Assembly (NCBI RefSeq): GCF_001447785.1
Contig: NW_015168111.1
Coordinates: 100,354-164,353, forward strand
Origin: Gekko japonicus
Taxonomy: Eukaryota
DNA: 64,000 nucleotides
Direction of reading: 5' to 3'
Shown: piece by piece, positions 22,761-33,546 of the stretch
Layout: each line of letters starts with the position of its first letter
Position numbering within the stretch: the stretch's first letter is position 1
Notes under the pieces: model-generated
Seen by the model: the letters and a program-made list of their open reading frames with translations, nothing else
The model's database searches: none
What the model was told of the DNA's origin: nothing
Position numbers and translations under genes: made by a program

Positions 22761-23264
22761 AGTCTGACCATAGCCATACAATACTAATCATACACTCCCT
22801 GTGCTTCACCAGTAAATAAATAAATAAATAAATGCAAAGCTGCTTATCCTGTTAGGATTCATAGTGTGGGAAACAAGCACCTTCTACAACAGTCAGGGAA
22901 GCCATGGGTTCTCCAATGGGGATCATAATTAGCAGAAGTGCTGGTATATTCTGGCCTTTGCTTATCAGTTGCTGGCAATGGCCCTCTGACTTGTCTTCCT
23001 TGTTATTCTCAGAGCAATTATCTCACAGTAGTTAAGATCCAAGAGAGACGCTATGTCAGATTTTTCATGGGGGAAGAGAAATAATAAATAGTCACAGGTA
23101 GCATTCCAAAAGTAGTTTTCATTGGACATCACTGTGGAGCCACTACCCATAAAAAAGCCAGGTAAGGAATTCAAAGCTCTTAAACTTTATAAGAGATACA
23201 TGATTTAGGAGCTAGAGTCTCCAAAGCATAAAAACAAGTTAAGGCAAAGACATTTTTCTGCAAC

Positions 23265-23405
23265 NNNNNNNNNNNNNNNNNNNNNNNNNNNNNNNNNNNN
23301 NNNNNNNNNNNNNNNNNNNNNNNNNNNNNNNNNNNNNNNNNNNNNNNNNNNNNNNNNNNNNNNNNNNNNNNNNNNNNNNNNNNNNNNNNNNNNNNNNNNN
23401 NNNNN
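23265..23405. other. Assembly gap
   Basis: Run of N. Confidence 1.
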
Positions 23406-24030
23406 AATGATTTTCAGAAATAATTAGTAGTTTTATGAATTGCTTCATAAAACTGAAGCAATGATTTTCGATCTCAGCCGTTTGTACTTCTTGGCTTATT
23501 TCTGTTTGCACAGAACAGTGGTAAATATTTTTAGGAAGGAAACTTTTTATCAATGACCACAAATAAGCGGCTTTACTATATTGCTCAAATCTTCTCTAAG
23601 GAAGCTTTGAAAAATCCCCTGTCTCCCAAATTTCCCATGAATTTTGAGATTCCAAAGTGGCATTTACAATTTAATTGTGTCATACTTTTGGAAATCTAGT
23701 TACACCAGGTTTTTGGCATTTTGTCTCTGTCCTCCTTCCACACCAAGCATTATGGATTATAAGAAAATTCCTTTCATGAAATCTGATCAATGTTCATGAA
23801 CTGTATTATCTGTCATTACTATAGTGGGGGGAAATAAGATGTGAATTAACTAGAATCTAAGGCTAATGTCAACTGCATACACGTACGTTCTGAAAACTGA
23901 TTTTTGAGATTCTCTATGCTAAAAGCAGAAAAAAATCAGTTCAAGGAGAATTCTGGAGAACTGCACAAGAAGAATGGAATGGGGAAAATTAGTGCTCACA
24001 GGTTTCATACCTTAATTGGGGAGATTCATT

Positions 24031-24242
24031 GGGGAGGGACTGTGGCTCACTGGAAGAGCCTCTGTTTGCTATGCAGAATGTCCCAGGTTCAATCCCTGGC
24101 ATCTCCAGTTGAAAGGATCAGGGAGTAAGTGATATGAAAGATCTTTACTGAGTCCCTGAGAAGCTGTTGTCAGTCTGAGTGAGCAATACTGACAGTGATG
24201 GGCCTATGGTATGACTCAGTATAAGGCAGCTTCATGTGTTCA
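24031..24242 (+). mobile_element. tRNA-derived SINE with CR1-type tail
   Basis: B box GGTTCAATCC and tail GACTCAGTATAAGGCAGCTTCATGTGTTCA; homologous to 6465-6674. Confidence 0.8.
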
Positions 24243-24490
24243 TTATTACTTGTCTTGAAGTACACATCTCCATGGAGTGTAATGTTCATTTTTATTGCAA
24301 TTGCTCTCCTGGAACATTCCAGATTAGCTCTGCATATATGTAGAATGTGTAAATATTTGTACTGACCGCATAAACTAATACAAGTTCAAGTATAACTATA
24401 CAGATTGCCTTAAACTGTGTTGTGGAAAGCTCAGGAAGCTTCAGAACTTCAGAGGAAAAGAAGAAGCAGCAGCAGCTATGCAATATCAGA

Positions 24491-24873
24491 GGCCAAGTTC
24501 AGACTGGCAGGTTGAAGCGGGAGGGAGTCATGGCAAAAAAGACCCAGAACAAACTGTTTCAGGTTTTCCCATTCACACTGCAGTGACTGATGCGGGAGCA
24601 TACCGGGAGGAGGTGCAAGAGAGCGTTCACACTGTTGGCCCGCCCCTTTTTAGTAATCTGGAGATATGCACTTATGCGCATAAGCGCACAAGAAGAAACC
24701 GTGGTTTTCGGCGTGCACACTTTGTTGGTGTGGGACGGACATGGGATAATCATGCTTTCCAGGGTTTGATACCACTTTCACCTGGTATCTTTTAAACTCG
24801 GGAGGGAAGCGTTACGAGACGGGTTGAGTACGGCTGGGGAACGCTGGACAGATGTGCCTGTGTGAATGGCCCC
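24491..24873. mobile_element. CpG-rich PIF/Harbinger-type element
   Basis: Degenerate TIRs GGCCAAGTTCAGAC / GTGTGAATGGCCCC; central palindrome GC(A)CTTATGCGCATAAGCGC. Confidence 0.55.
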
Positions 24874-25584
24874 TTTAATCCGTTTGTGAAATGTTTCTGG
24901 CTCGTGCCTATATTGGGGCAAACTGCCGGTCTGAACTCGGCCAGAGATCTCCTAACCAAGCTCTTTTCCCTTACTCCATTTTTATGCTCTTCTTTAGCCA
25001 CGATGAGCAAAAATAGAGATGAAAGGAAAGAGTCTTACCACTCCCAAACCTCAGTGTCAGTAATATGATTCTGAAAGTGGGGAGTTTAACCACCAATAGA
25101 GAAACTCTGCTCATGTGTATGGTATCTCAGTGGCCTTGGGAGAAAAAGTTTACCTGTGGATTTGTAGAATCCAAATGCCTAGTACTGGAGTGCTAAGTAA
25201 TTAAGTTGCTATCTTCCAATAGCCTGATTTGAAAATGCTACTATTGAACACAGTACAACCAAGATTGTCAGATAAGACATAGGAGAATTGCTAATTTGTG
25301 ATGGATCCGAAATATCACTTGAATTATTTTTTACCAGCTATTGTGTTTTCCGGGTCTCTTTGATAGCCCTATGAATCTTAAATTATGATATCATAAACTG
25401 AGATAAAAGAACATTTTGAAGTGATAATGGAAGATCATGATTTTGTACCTTTTTTTTTTGCTTAGAAATCAACAATGCGCTGATGTCATGGAAAATACTA
25501 AGAATGCTCTCTACACTGAGATAAGGCAGACACACAAGGCTGAGAAAACAATATAATTGCTAGTGTTGGTTAAAATTGTAATTT

Positions 25585-25780
25585 TGGATTTAGATTCTAT
25601 TTCTTTTCTGCTCAAACTGTTCACTTTGCCTCCCTTCTTCACAGCATCCCCACATCACACATGGCTTTTGTTTTTACAGATTCCACAATTCCTGCGGAAG
25701 TCTTTTTGGTGGTCAAAAGGGGGGCTTCCTTCATCTTTCACCAAAGGAAAAGCTGATAGAATCTTCCTCAAGTAGGATCT
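25585..25780 (-). mobile_element. Old MITE (GGATCCAAC family)
   Basis: Reverse complement aligns with 26838-27013 (TTTTCC...TGAAGG...ACCACCAAAAA...GGAAT..TGGAA). Confidence 0.5.
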
Positions 25781-25850
25781 CCAGAAAGACAGCATGGACA
25801 TTTTCTAAATAAACATACAAACATTTTTTAAAAAAATTGGGACATAAACA

Positions 25851-26822
25851 ATGGTCTGGTCAAATCAGACTGGGATAAAAGAATTCAATCTTTTGGGGTT
25901 TTCCAACCTAGGCCAGCTCCAGACTCTCCTCTTTGTTGTGTTTTTTCTTATCTACATGGCGACTCTGATGGGAAACACCCTTATCATCTTGATAACAAGA
26001 ATAGACACTGCCTTGCACAGTCCTATGTACTTCTTTCTCCAAAATCTGGCTTTTGCAGAAGTTGGCTTCATAACACTAATTGTCCCCAAAATGCTTGTGA
26101 ACCTTCTTGTAGAGAAAAAGACCATTTCCTGGTCAGGATGCAGGTTACAGATTTTTGGTGTTGTCTACTTTGTTACCATGGAGTGTTTCCTATTCATTGC
26201 CATGGCTTATGACCGGTTTGTGGCCATATGCAATCCTCTAAGGTACACTGTCATAATGAATAGGAAGTTCTGTATGCTTCTGGTAATTGCAGTGTGGGCC
26301 TCAGGATTTCCTGTTGGGACACTACAGGTTACATGGCTGTTTAGTTTCCCATTCTGTGGGTCCCTTACAGTTCCCCATTTCTTTTGTGATGGTCCACCAA
26401 TTCTACACTTGGTCTGTGCAGACACTTCCAACTTTGAACTATATTCTCTCATAGGTACTCTTCTAATTATACTGTGTCCTTTCTTACTGCTTCTGGGCTC
26501 TTATACCCATATTATCAACACCATCTTCAGAATGCCTTCGGCTGAGGGGAGACGGAAAGCCTTCTCCACTTGCTCTTCACATATGATTGTAGTGACTCTG
26601 TTTTATGGCTCAACCAGTCTGACTCACTTCCGACCTAAATCAAGCTATTCCCCAGGAACCAGACAGTTGCTTTCTCTCTCCTACACTGTTTTCACACCCA
26701 TGCTGAACCCTCTTATCTATAGCTTGAGGAACAAGGAAATGAGGGCTGCCTTGAATCGGTTGCTGAGTCAGAAAAGGAAATGTATTGGGGTGTCCAAGAG
26801 CTTTCAAATCTCAAAACCTTAA
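25851..26822 (+). CDS. Olfactory receptor, family 10A-like, 323 aa
   Basis: NQT site, LHSPMYFFL, MAYDRFVAIC, KAFSTCSSH, PMLNPLIYSLRN; closest paralog is 16713-17645. Confidence 0.97.
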   Translation: MVWSNQTGIKEFNLLGFSNLGQLQTLLFVVFFLIYMATLMGNTLIILITRIDTALHSPMYFFLQNLAFAEVGFITLIVPKMLVNLLVEKKTISWSGCRLQIFGVVYFVTMECFLFIAMAYDRFVAICNPLRYTVIMNRKFCMLLVIAVWASGFPVGTLQVTWLFSFPFCGSLTVPHFFCDGPPILHLVCADTSNFELYSLIGTLLIILCPFLLLLGSYTHIINTIFRMPSAEGRRKAFSTCSSHMIVVTLFYGSTSLTHFRPKSSYSPGTRQLLSLSYTVFTPMLNPLIYSLRNKEMRAALNRLLSQKRKCIGVSKSFQISKP

Positions 26823-26837
26823 AAGTAAGGAAGAGAA

Positions 26838-27013
26838 TTTGATCCAACTAAATTTTCCACCAGTGAATGAAGGAGATGGGAGTCTCCTTTTACCACCAAA
26901 AAAGCTATGCTAGGAATCATGGAACATGCATGGGTGAATGGTATGTAGAAGGGGTACTATACTAAATAGTGGTAATAGACACTATTGAGTGAAATATCTG
27001 GCTGAATCCAACC
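26838..27013 (+). mobile_element. Old MITE (GGATCCAAC family)
   Basis: Termini TTTGATCCAAC...GCTGAATCCAACC and the family core. Confidence 0.55.
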
Positions 27014-27154
27014 AGGGTTTTTTTAAAATAGTTTACAGGATTTCACTCTCTGTGGCTTTGACCCCAAAATACAATGTATTAAAGCTCTCCTTTAGTAGCT
27101 ATTGGGGCTGATAATAGTTTACAGTTCATGCAAACAATAAAGCAATGTCCATCC

Positions 27155-27396
27155 TACAGTTTTTCCATATTTCTAGTATCTGCCCATAACATTATGAAAA
27201 TATATCCATATACAAATTACTAGAATTACTGCATAATAATACAGAAGTTCCTCTGCCAATATCCAATTGTTACAGTACAGTTTTTCCATATGTCTAGTAT
27301 CTGCCCATAATATTATGAAAATATATCCATACACAAATTACTAGAATTACTTCATAATAATACAAAAGTTCCTCTGCCAATATCCAATTGTTACAG
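27155..27396. repeat. 121-bp tandem duplication
   Basis: 27155-27275 vs 27276-27396, about 5 substitutions; each unit begins and ends with TACAG. Confidence 0.95.
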
Positions 27397-28208
27397 AAAA
27401 CCAAACAAAACAGAGTAATCAGCTATTCAAAAGTCCTAAAAAACTGAAGTTTTATTCACGGCCCTGAAAATCAATAAGGTTTGTGCAAATATCTTCTGAA
27501 AGTGTTCCAAAAAAGGACAGTGGTGATTGGAAAAGCACAACATTTTGTGGATGCAAAGAATCATAGATGAGACAGAGGCCTTTTATATATGGGTGTTTTC
27601 CCTCACTTTTACTGTGCATGTCTGTCAGATTTTCTTTATTGTTCTGCATTTTACCTCACTTTCACCCTGCATTGGGTTTTATTTTTCATTATGCAATGAT
27701 TCCCCCCCCCCGCCACCTTCAGCATTCATATCATTTTCCAGTCACTGTTTCCCAAGGGTTTCTGAGAATGGTTTTGTGTTGATTTTCCCTTGCTTTGATT
27801 TTTTGAGATAAAGGTAATTCAAAAGCATACAGATTCCATTGGATTTTCCTCCCACCTCCTTTCCTGCCCCTCGAAGGTCTCTCCACTGCCCACGTGGAGG
27901 TCATTCCACCCAATCTGCCATCATTCATAACTGTGCAAGCTCCTTTGTCCCTTATTTTACATTTTTTTTACAAGTAGCATGAGTCTAGCATTAATCTCCT
28001 AATGTTAGACTCACACTGCTTGTAAAAAAATTAAATGTGAAACAATGAGGGAAAATGTGGAGCTTGCATATCGATGAATGGCAGAGGAGGCAAAGTGGGC
28101 AGAATGACCTTATTTTACATTTGTTTAAAGTGGCATGAGAAGCTCTAGGATTCACCACTGCAATTCCCATCACCATCCTGAAGTGGATGGCACCAGAGCA
28201 TATAGTTT

Positions 28209-28910
28209 CGGGGTGCGCACAAAAAAAATAAATCAGTGTTTTCTGGAGTTGGTATACAAAACCCGAAAAATATTGTTATACACTGATATACTGATAGGGA
28301 AATAATTGGTCTTGCTGAATTTATTCGGCTCCATACCTTCCCTTCCCTCCCCGAGTTGTGCTGCAGCAGTGGCATGCCTAAGTGACAGAAAGAAACACAT
28401 TTAAAGAGACTGCAATCTCTTTAAATACATTCCTGCCCCTTGCTGAGGTGTGCAGCCACTGCAGTGTGACTCAGGGTGATTCAGTGTGACTCCCTCCCCA
28501 AGTCATACTGCAGTGGTGAATCACCTTAGCAAAGAAATGGAAGGCTTTGAATGCCTTCCCTTCACTTGCTGATGCGTTCCCCCTCTTTCCCCCAGAAGTG
28601 GTGTGAGTTCACCTGGAACTTGCAGTGAGTGAACTTGTACCACCTCAGCTGATCTTTCCCTTTAAATGGCTTTTGCAAAGCCAAGCCACATGCAAGGAAC
28701 CCAGAAGTGGTGTGAGTTCACTTGGAACTTGCAGTGAGTGAACTTGCACCACCTCAGCTGAGCCCAAATAAAAGCTGGATAATATTGGGTTTTATTCAGG
28801 TTCAACTGGATTGGTAGCCAAATTAGATTAGAAAATCTAATTTGGCTGAATAAATACCCCAAAAAAACTGATAAGGTATTTTCAGGCATTTATTCACCTT
28901 ACTACACTTG
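28209..28910 (+). mobile_element. hAT-like non-autonomous element (GGGGTG(C/T)GCA-terminus family)
   Basis: Left end GGGGTGCGCAC; right part homologous to 62560-62717, which ends TGCACACCCCTA. Internal 62-bp hairpin unit repeated at 28591-28652 and 28700-28761. Confidence 0.45.
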
Positions 28911-29796
28911 CTTTTTATCTTCCAATAAAGATACCCCCCATCCCCCTGAACTTTGCAGCAGCCATTCCCCTGACCTTCCTTCCTACTGTCCCTATGTAGG
29001 TTGAACCCAGGACCCTTGGAGATGGAGATCTTGAGCTAGATTTGATATCTGCCCTACTTTTTCTTTTTTTGCTTTTCTCCAAGGGATCTAGGATTGCCAG
29101 TCTCCAAGTGGATTCTGGATATCACCCAGAATTAAAAACTGCTCTCCAGATGACAGAGATCAGTTCACTTGGACAAAATGGCTGCTTTGGATAGTAGACT
29201 CTCTGGCATTATACCCTGATAAAGTCACTTCCCACTCCAGACCTCACCTTCCCAAGGCTCCACCCCCAACTGAGCCCAAATAAAAGCTGGATAATATTGG
29301 GTTTTATTCAGGTTCAACTGGATTGGTAGCCAAATTAGATTAGAAAATCTGATTTGGCTGAATAAATACCCCAAAAAAACTGATAAGGTATTTTCAGGTA
29401 TTTATTCACCTTAGTACACTTGCTTTTTATCTTCCAATATGTTTACAGTATAAAGATAGCCCCCCCATCCCCCTGAACTTTGCAGCAGCCATTCCCCTGA
29501 CCTTCCTTCCTACTGTCCCTATGTAGGTTGAACCCAGGACCCTTGGAAATGGAGATCTTGAGCTAGCTTTGATCTCTGCCCTACTTTTTTCTTTTTTTGC
29601 TTTCCTCCAGGGGACCTAGGATTGCCAGCCTCCAAGTGGACTCTGGATATCACCCAGAATTAAAAACTGCTCTCCAAATGACAGAGATCAGTTCACTTAG
29701 ACAAAATGGCTGCTTTGGAGAGTAGACTCCCTGGCATTATACCCTGATTAAGTCACTTCCCTCTCCAGACTTCACCTTCCCAAGGCTCCACCCCCA
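28758..29796. repeat. About 512-bp tandem duplication (28758-29269 / 29270-29796)
   Basis: Both units start CTGAGCCCAAATAAAAGCTGG; scattered substitutions and a short insertion in copy 2. Confidence 0.95.
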
Positions 29797-29916
29797 CATC
29801 TCCAGGAATTTTCCAACTTGGTGCTGGCAACCCTAAGAGCAACTTATCTCTATAGATGGGTGATCTGTTATGATTCCTTGAAATCTCCAGGTCCCACCTG
29901 GGGGATGGCAACCTTA
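29617..29916 (+). mobile_element. hAT-like repeat (TAGGGTTGCCA family)
   Basis: TAGGATTGCCA...TGGCAACCCTA; a truncated duplicate lies at 29089-29269. Confidence 0.75.
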
Positions 29917-30337
29917 GAAAGAGAGGAAGCAGGAAAATGGGGAAGGCTATCGGGGCTTTCAGGAAAAGGAAAGAGGAAATAGTGGAGGAGGGGGAAATGA
30001 GATGCCAATAACTATATATTACATATCTTTTAGACTATGTATTTATGGTGTTTGTGGTATGTGTGTACCCAGACAGTAATAAACAGAAGAGTTTGTCCTC
30101 TCTGTGCACCTAAAGCCAGAAAATGTAATGTGTCCATCATATATACCTCCATCCATATACTATTAGCCACATGTGGCCCCCATCTGGGGATATCTAAATC
30201 TGCAGATCGGGGCCATATGGATGCTAAAGAGATTTTTCTGCAATGCTGGGGTACCCCCTAAGTTTGCAGGGCACTCTTAAATATTAAAAAAAACTATACA
30301 GAGGGGTAATTCCCCCAAAATTAAAGTAGCATTCTCT

Positions 30338-30697
30338 AGCATGCCAACCGGACGGAAGCAAGCTACACTACCTCCTTACTTCTCGAGATTCGGAGATTAT
30401 TGACCATGGCAACACAGCCAAGAAGCCTTGCTGGGACCAGCAGCCATGCAGCTCGGGAACCCCAATCGGCCCATCAGCAGCCTCAAAGCCTGGGAGAGTT
30501 ATGGGGCATGTGGCCATTTAATTCAAGGTTTTGTGGTTGGGCAAAATTTTATCTTGCTATAATTTAAGCTCATATAAATAGACATACCTTTGCAATGCTT
30601 TTAGACGTTATTTATTTTCCATAATTTTTTTGGATTGTTTTACCCTAATGGCAACTGTCTAATATTTTATGCCAATAAAAGGTATTTGTTTGTTTGT
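30338..30697 (+). mobile_element. 5'-truncated LINE insertion containing a copy of flanking DNA
   Basis: 14-bp TSD AAGTAGCATTCTCT (30324-30337, 30698-30711); end TATGCCAATAAAAGGT + (TTTG)n; 30404-30516 duplicates 30784-30896. Confidence 0.75.
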
Positions 30698-31310
30698 AAG
30701 TAGCATTCTCTGATGAAGCACAGAGAATGCATTTACCTTCAGTGTTCACTGGCAGGACAGGGAAGCCTTTTTGGGCCCAGCAGCCATGGCCAAACAGCCA
30801 AGAAGCCTTGCTGGGCCCAGCAGCCATGCAGCTCAGGAACCCTGATCGGCCCAGCAGCAGCCTCACAGCCTGGGAGAGTTATGGGGCATGTGGCCAACCC
30901 TGTGAGTTGTGCTGGGCCTGGTAGCGGTGGCACAGCTTGGGGGTACGGCTGTGCCTGACAGTGATGGCTGCAAAGCCTAACAAAGCCCCTGAGTCGCACT
31001 GGGCTTGGCATTGAAGTGGAAGGGTGGGAGTACCCCTGAGAGTATTGTGGCCCCACATTTGAGCAGCTCCCAGACAACACCATGTGGGAGGGAGAGACAG
31101 CCTTGGAATACCCACCCGGAGCAGCTCTGGATGAGCCACCAAAAACCAGGATGGGGGAAGAAAGTCTCAGTGAGCCCACCTGGAGCCACTCTGGATAAGC
31201 CATTGAGAGTAGGAGGGGGGAAGGTGGTGGGAGCAGTGGCTGCAGGGAACCTCGGGACCATGCTAAGGCCAGTAAGAAAGTGAGGGGAGATGGGATTCCC
31301 CCCCCACAAG

Positions 31311-31525
31311 CAATGTCCCTCTAAACGTGGAGTCTTGTGAGCAAAAATTCTACTTTGTGAGCTACTGGCATTAGAGTTGGTGAGCAAGCCATTTGGCTAC
31401 TGCATACATTAGTTTGCTGTGGAGCCATCCTTCTTGATCTAGGACAAAAATGTGCAAGCCGGAGGCAAAAAACCCCACAAACCCTGTGAGCTAGCTCATG
31501 CCAGCTCAGCTTAGAGGGAACACTG
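31311..31525 (-). mobile_element. hAT MITE (CAGTGTTCCCTCTAAG family)
   Basis: TIRs; TSD CCCACAAG/CCAACAAG (7/8). Confidence 0.9.
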
Positions 31526-31542
31526 CCAACAAGTATTGTCAG

Positions 31543-31748
31543 CAATGTTCCCTCTAAGCTGTGGAGTCTTGTGAGCAAAACTTCTGCTTTGTGAGCTACT
31601 GGCATTAAAGTTGTGAGCAGGCAATTTGGCTACTGCATAAATTACTTTGCTCTGGAATAATCATTCCTGAGCTAAGACAAAAATGTGTGAGCCAGAGACG
31701 AAAAAACTGTGAGGCAGCTCACACTAACTCAGTTTAGAGGGAACACTG
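31543..31748 (-). mobile_element. hAT MITE (CAGTGTTCCCTCTAAG family)
   Basis: TIRs; perfect TSD ATTGTCAG (31535-31542, 31749-31756). Confidence 0.9.
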
Positions 31749-31903
31749 ATTGTCAGGGCTGTTTTTGGGCAGGAACGCACAGGACTGGATGAGCCATTGA
31801 GAGTGGGAGGGGGGAAGGTGGTGGGAGCAGTGGCTGCAGGGAACCTCGGGACCATGCCAAGGCCAGTAAGAAAGTGAGGGGAGATGGAATTCCCCCCCAC
31901 AAG

Positions 31904-32115
31904 CAATGTTCCTCTAAACGTGGAGTCTTGTGAGCAAAAATTCTACTTTGTGAGCTACTGGCATTAGAGTTGTGAGCGAGCAATTTGGCTACTGCGTACA
32001 TTAGTTTGCTGTGGAGCCATCCTTCTTGATCTAGGACAAAAATGTGCGAGCCGGAGGCAAAAAAACACACACCCTGTGAGCTAGCTCATGCCAGCTCAGC
32101 TTAGAGGGAACACTG
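31904..32115 (-). mobile_element. hAT MITE, duplicate of 31311-31525
   Basis: Same flanks as the 31311 copy; part of the duplication 31191-31539 / 31785-32129. Confidence 0.9.
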
Positions 32116-32248
32116 CCAACAAATATTGTGAACCTCCACTTGTGCATTACTACTTGCTTATTTCTCCCATCACCATTTTGAAGTATGCCACTGTAATTTC
32201 CATGAAGGCTTTGTTGTCCTGTTGTTGGGGTTTTTTGTTTTTGTTTTG

Positions 32249-32368
32249 CTGTCAAGTCACAGCTGACTTATGACAGCCCCGCAGGGTTTTCAAGGCTAGA
32301 GACATTAGTGGTTTGCCATTGCCTGCCTCTGTGCCATTACACTGGTATTCCTTGGTGGTCTCCCATCT
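32249..32368 (-). mobile_element. 5S-derived SINE, 3' part
   Basis: GTCAAGTCACAGCTGACTTATG...TTTTCAAGGC...GGTATTCCTTGGTGGTCTCCCATC. Confidence 0.8.
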
Positions 32369-33258
32369 CCTGAGCCAGCCTTGGCTGGGAGGCTGGGGTA
32401 GAAATTTAATAAATCAAATCAAAATACTGCCTAATACTAATTAGAGAGTAGTTGAAACACATAACTAACATTTCCTGGTGGGACTTATATATTTTATCCC
32501 CATTGGAGGAAACTCAGGTAAATGCATTCATCCACGTTCTGTCCAATTACTGTGGTATCATCTTCTCATTTCTGCAACAGGTAAGGGCTTAGATGGGATG
32601 GGCTTGCTGCAGATTTGTAAGTGCAAAATTTCTACTCACAGCCCTATTTCACTTAGGGTATGATAAAATCTGCTCCACTCAATCCAGCAGAAAGAATAGA
32701 CTGTAATGCTCCTGAAACAGCAGGCTGTAAACATCACAGAACTGCTTTATGAACTCTTAGAAATGGGAAACTAGGAACACTGAAACTGAATTGGAGGAGG
32801 AAATTGTGAGGAAATTACAGTGTTCTACTTGTTTGTGCAGCATAATCTTTACTACAATTGTTCCTGTGACATCCTATTTCAAGACTACTCCCAGCACATT
32901 AAAACTGAAGGCTGATGCAGTCTTTTTCAAATGTTCTAAATTCAGCCCACTCTTTTAAAACTTACTCTCTGTGAAACCCCTCTCCTCACTTCTCATGAGA
33001 GCCCCCAAGTCTGATCCCCAGTCCCCTCTTAGTTGTTTTGAAGGCCACCCACCTGAAAGCCTAAGTGTGATGGGGATCCCTGGGATGAGTCTCAGATAAC
33101 ACACATGGTCTGTCATGACCCAGGCACATTCTGTCACAGAGACAGGATATTGCTGGTATGCATAAAGCATTTACGTGCCCCCAGCTCCATGGCATGAATA
33201 CTACAAGCATCTCCCTTGCTTCAAAGGATGCTTCATCAAAGCAATATGAACCACTGGT

Positions 33259-33546
33259 GGGAGAGCCAGTTTGGTGTAGTGGTTAAGTGTGCGGATTCTA
33301 ATCTGGGAGAACCGGGTTTGATTCCCCACTCCTCCACTTGCAGCTGCTGATGTGACCTTGGGTCAGTCACAAGCTCTGGCACAGCTGTCCTTGAAAAAGA
33401 ACAGTTTGTGTCAGAGTTCTCTCAGCCCCACCCACCTCACAGGGTGTCTGTTGTGGGGAGGGGAAGGGAAAGGAGTTTGTAAGCCGCTCTGAGACTCCAA
33501 GTGAAGGGCGGGGTATAAATCCAATCTCTTCTTCTTCTTCTTCTTC
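33259..33546 (+). mobile_element. Squam3-type SINE, full length
   Basis: tRNA head TGGTGTAGTGGTTAAG...GGTTTGATTCCC, MIR-core-like TGTGACCTTGGG, L2-like end GTAAGCCGCTCTGAG...TATAAAT, (TTC)n tail. Confidence 0.9.

Noticed and set aside
30713-31605. Dense ORF cluster (87-154 aa)
   Set aside because: Derived from duplicated GC-rich sequence and MITEs; shared peptides such as SNASSSQSRIFAHKTP are MITE translations.
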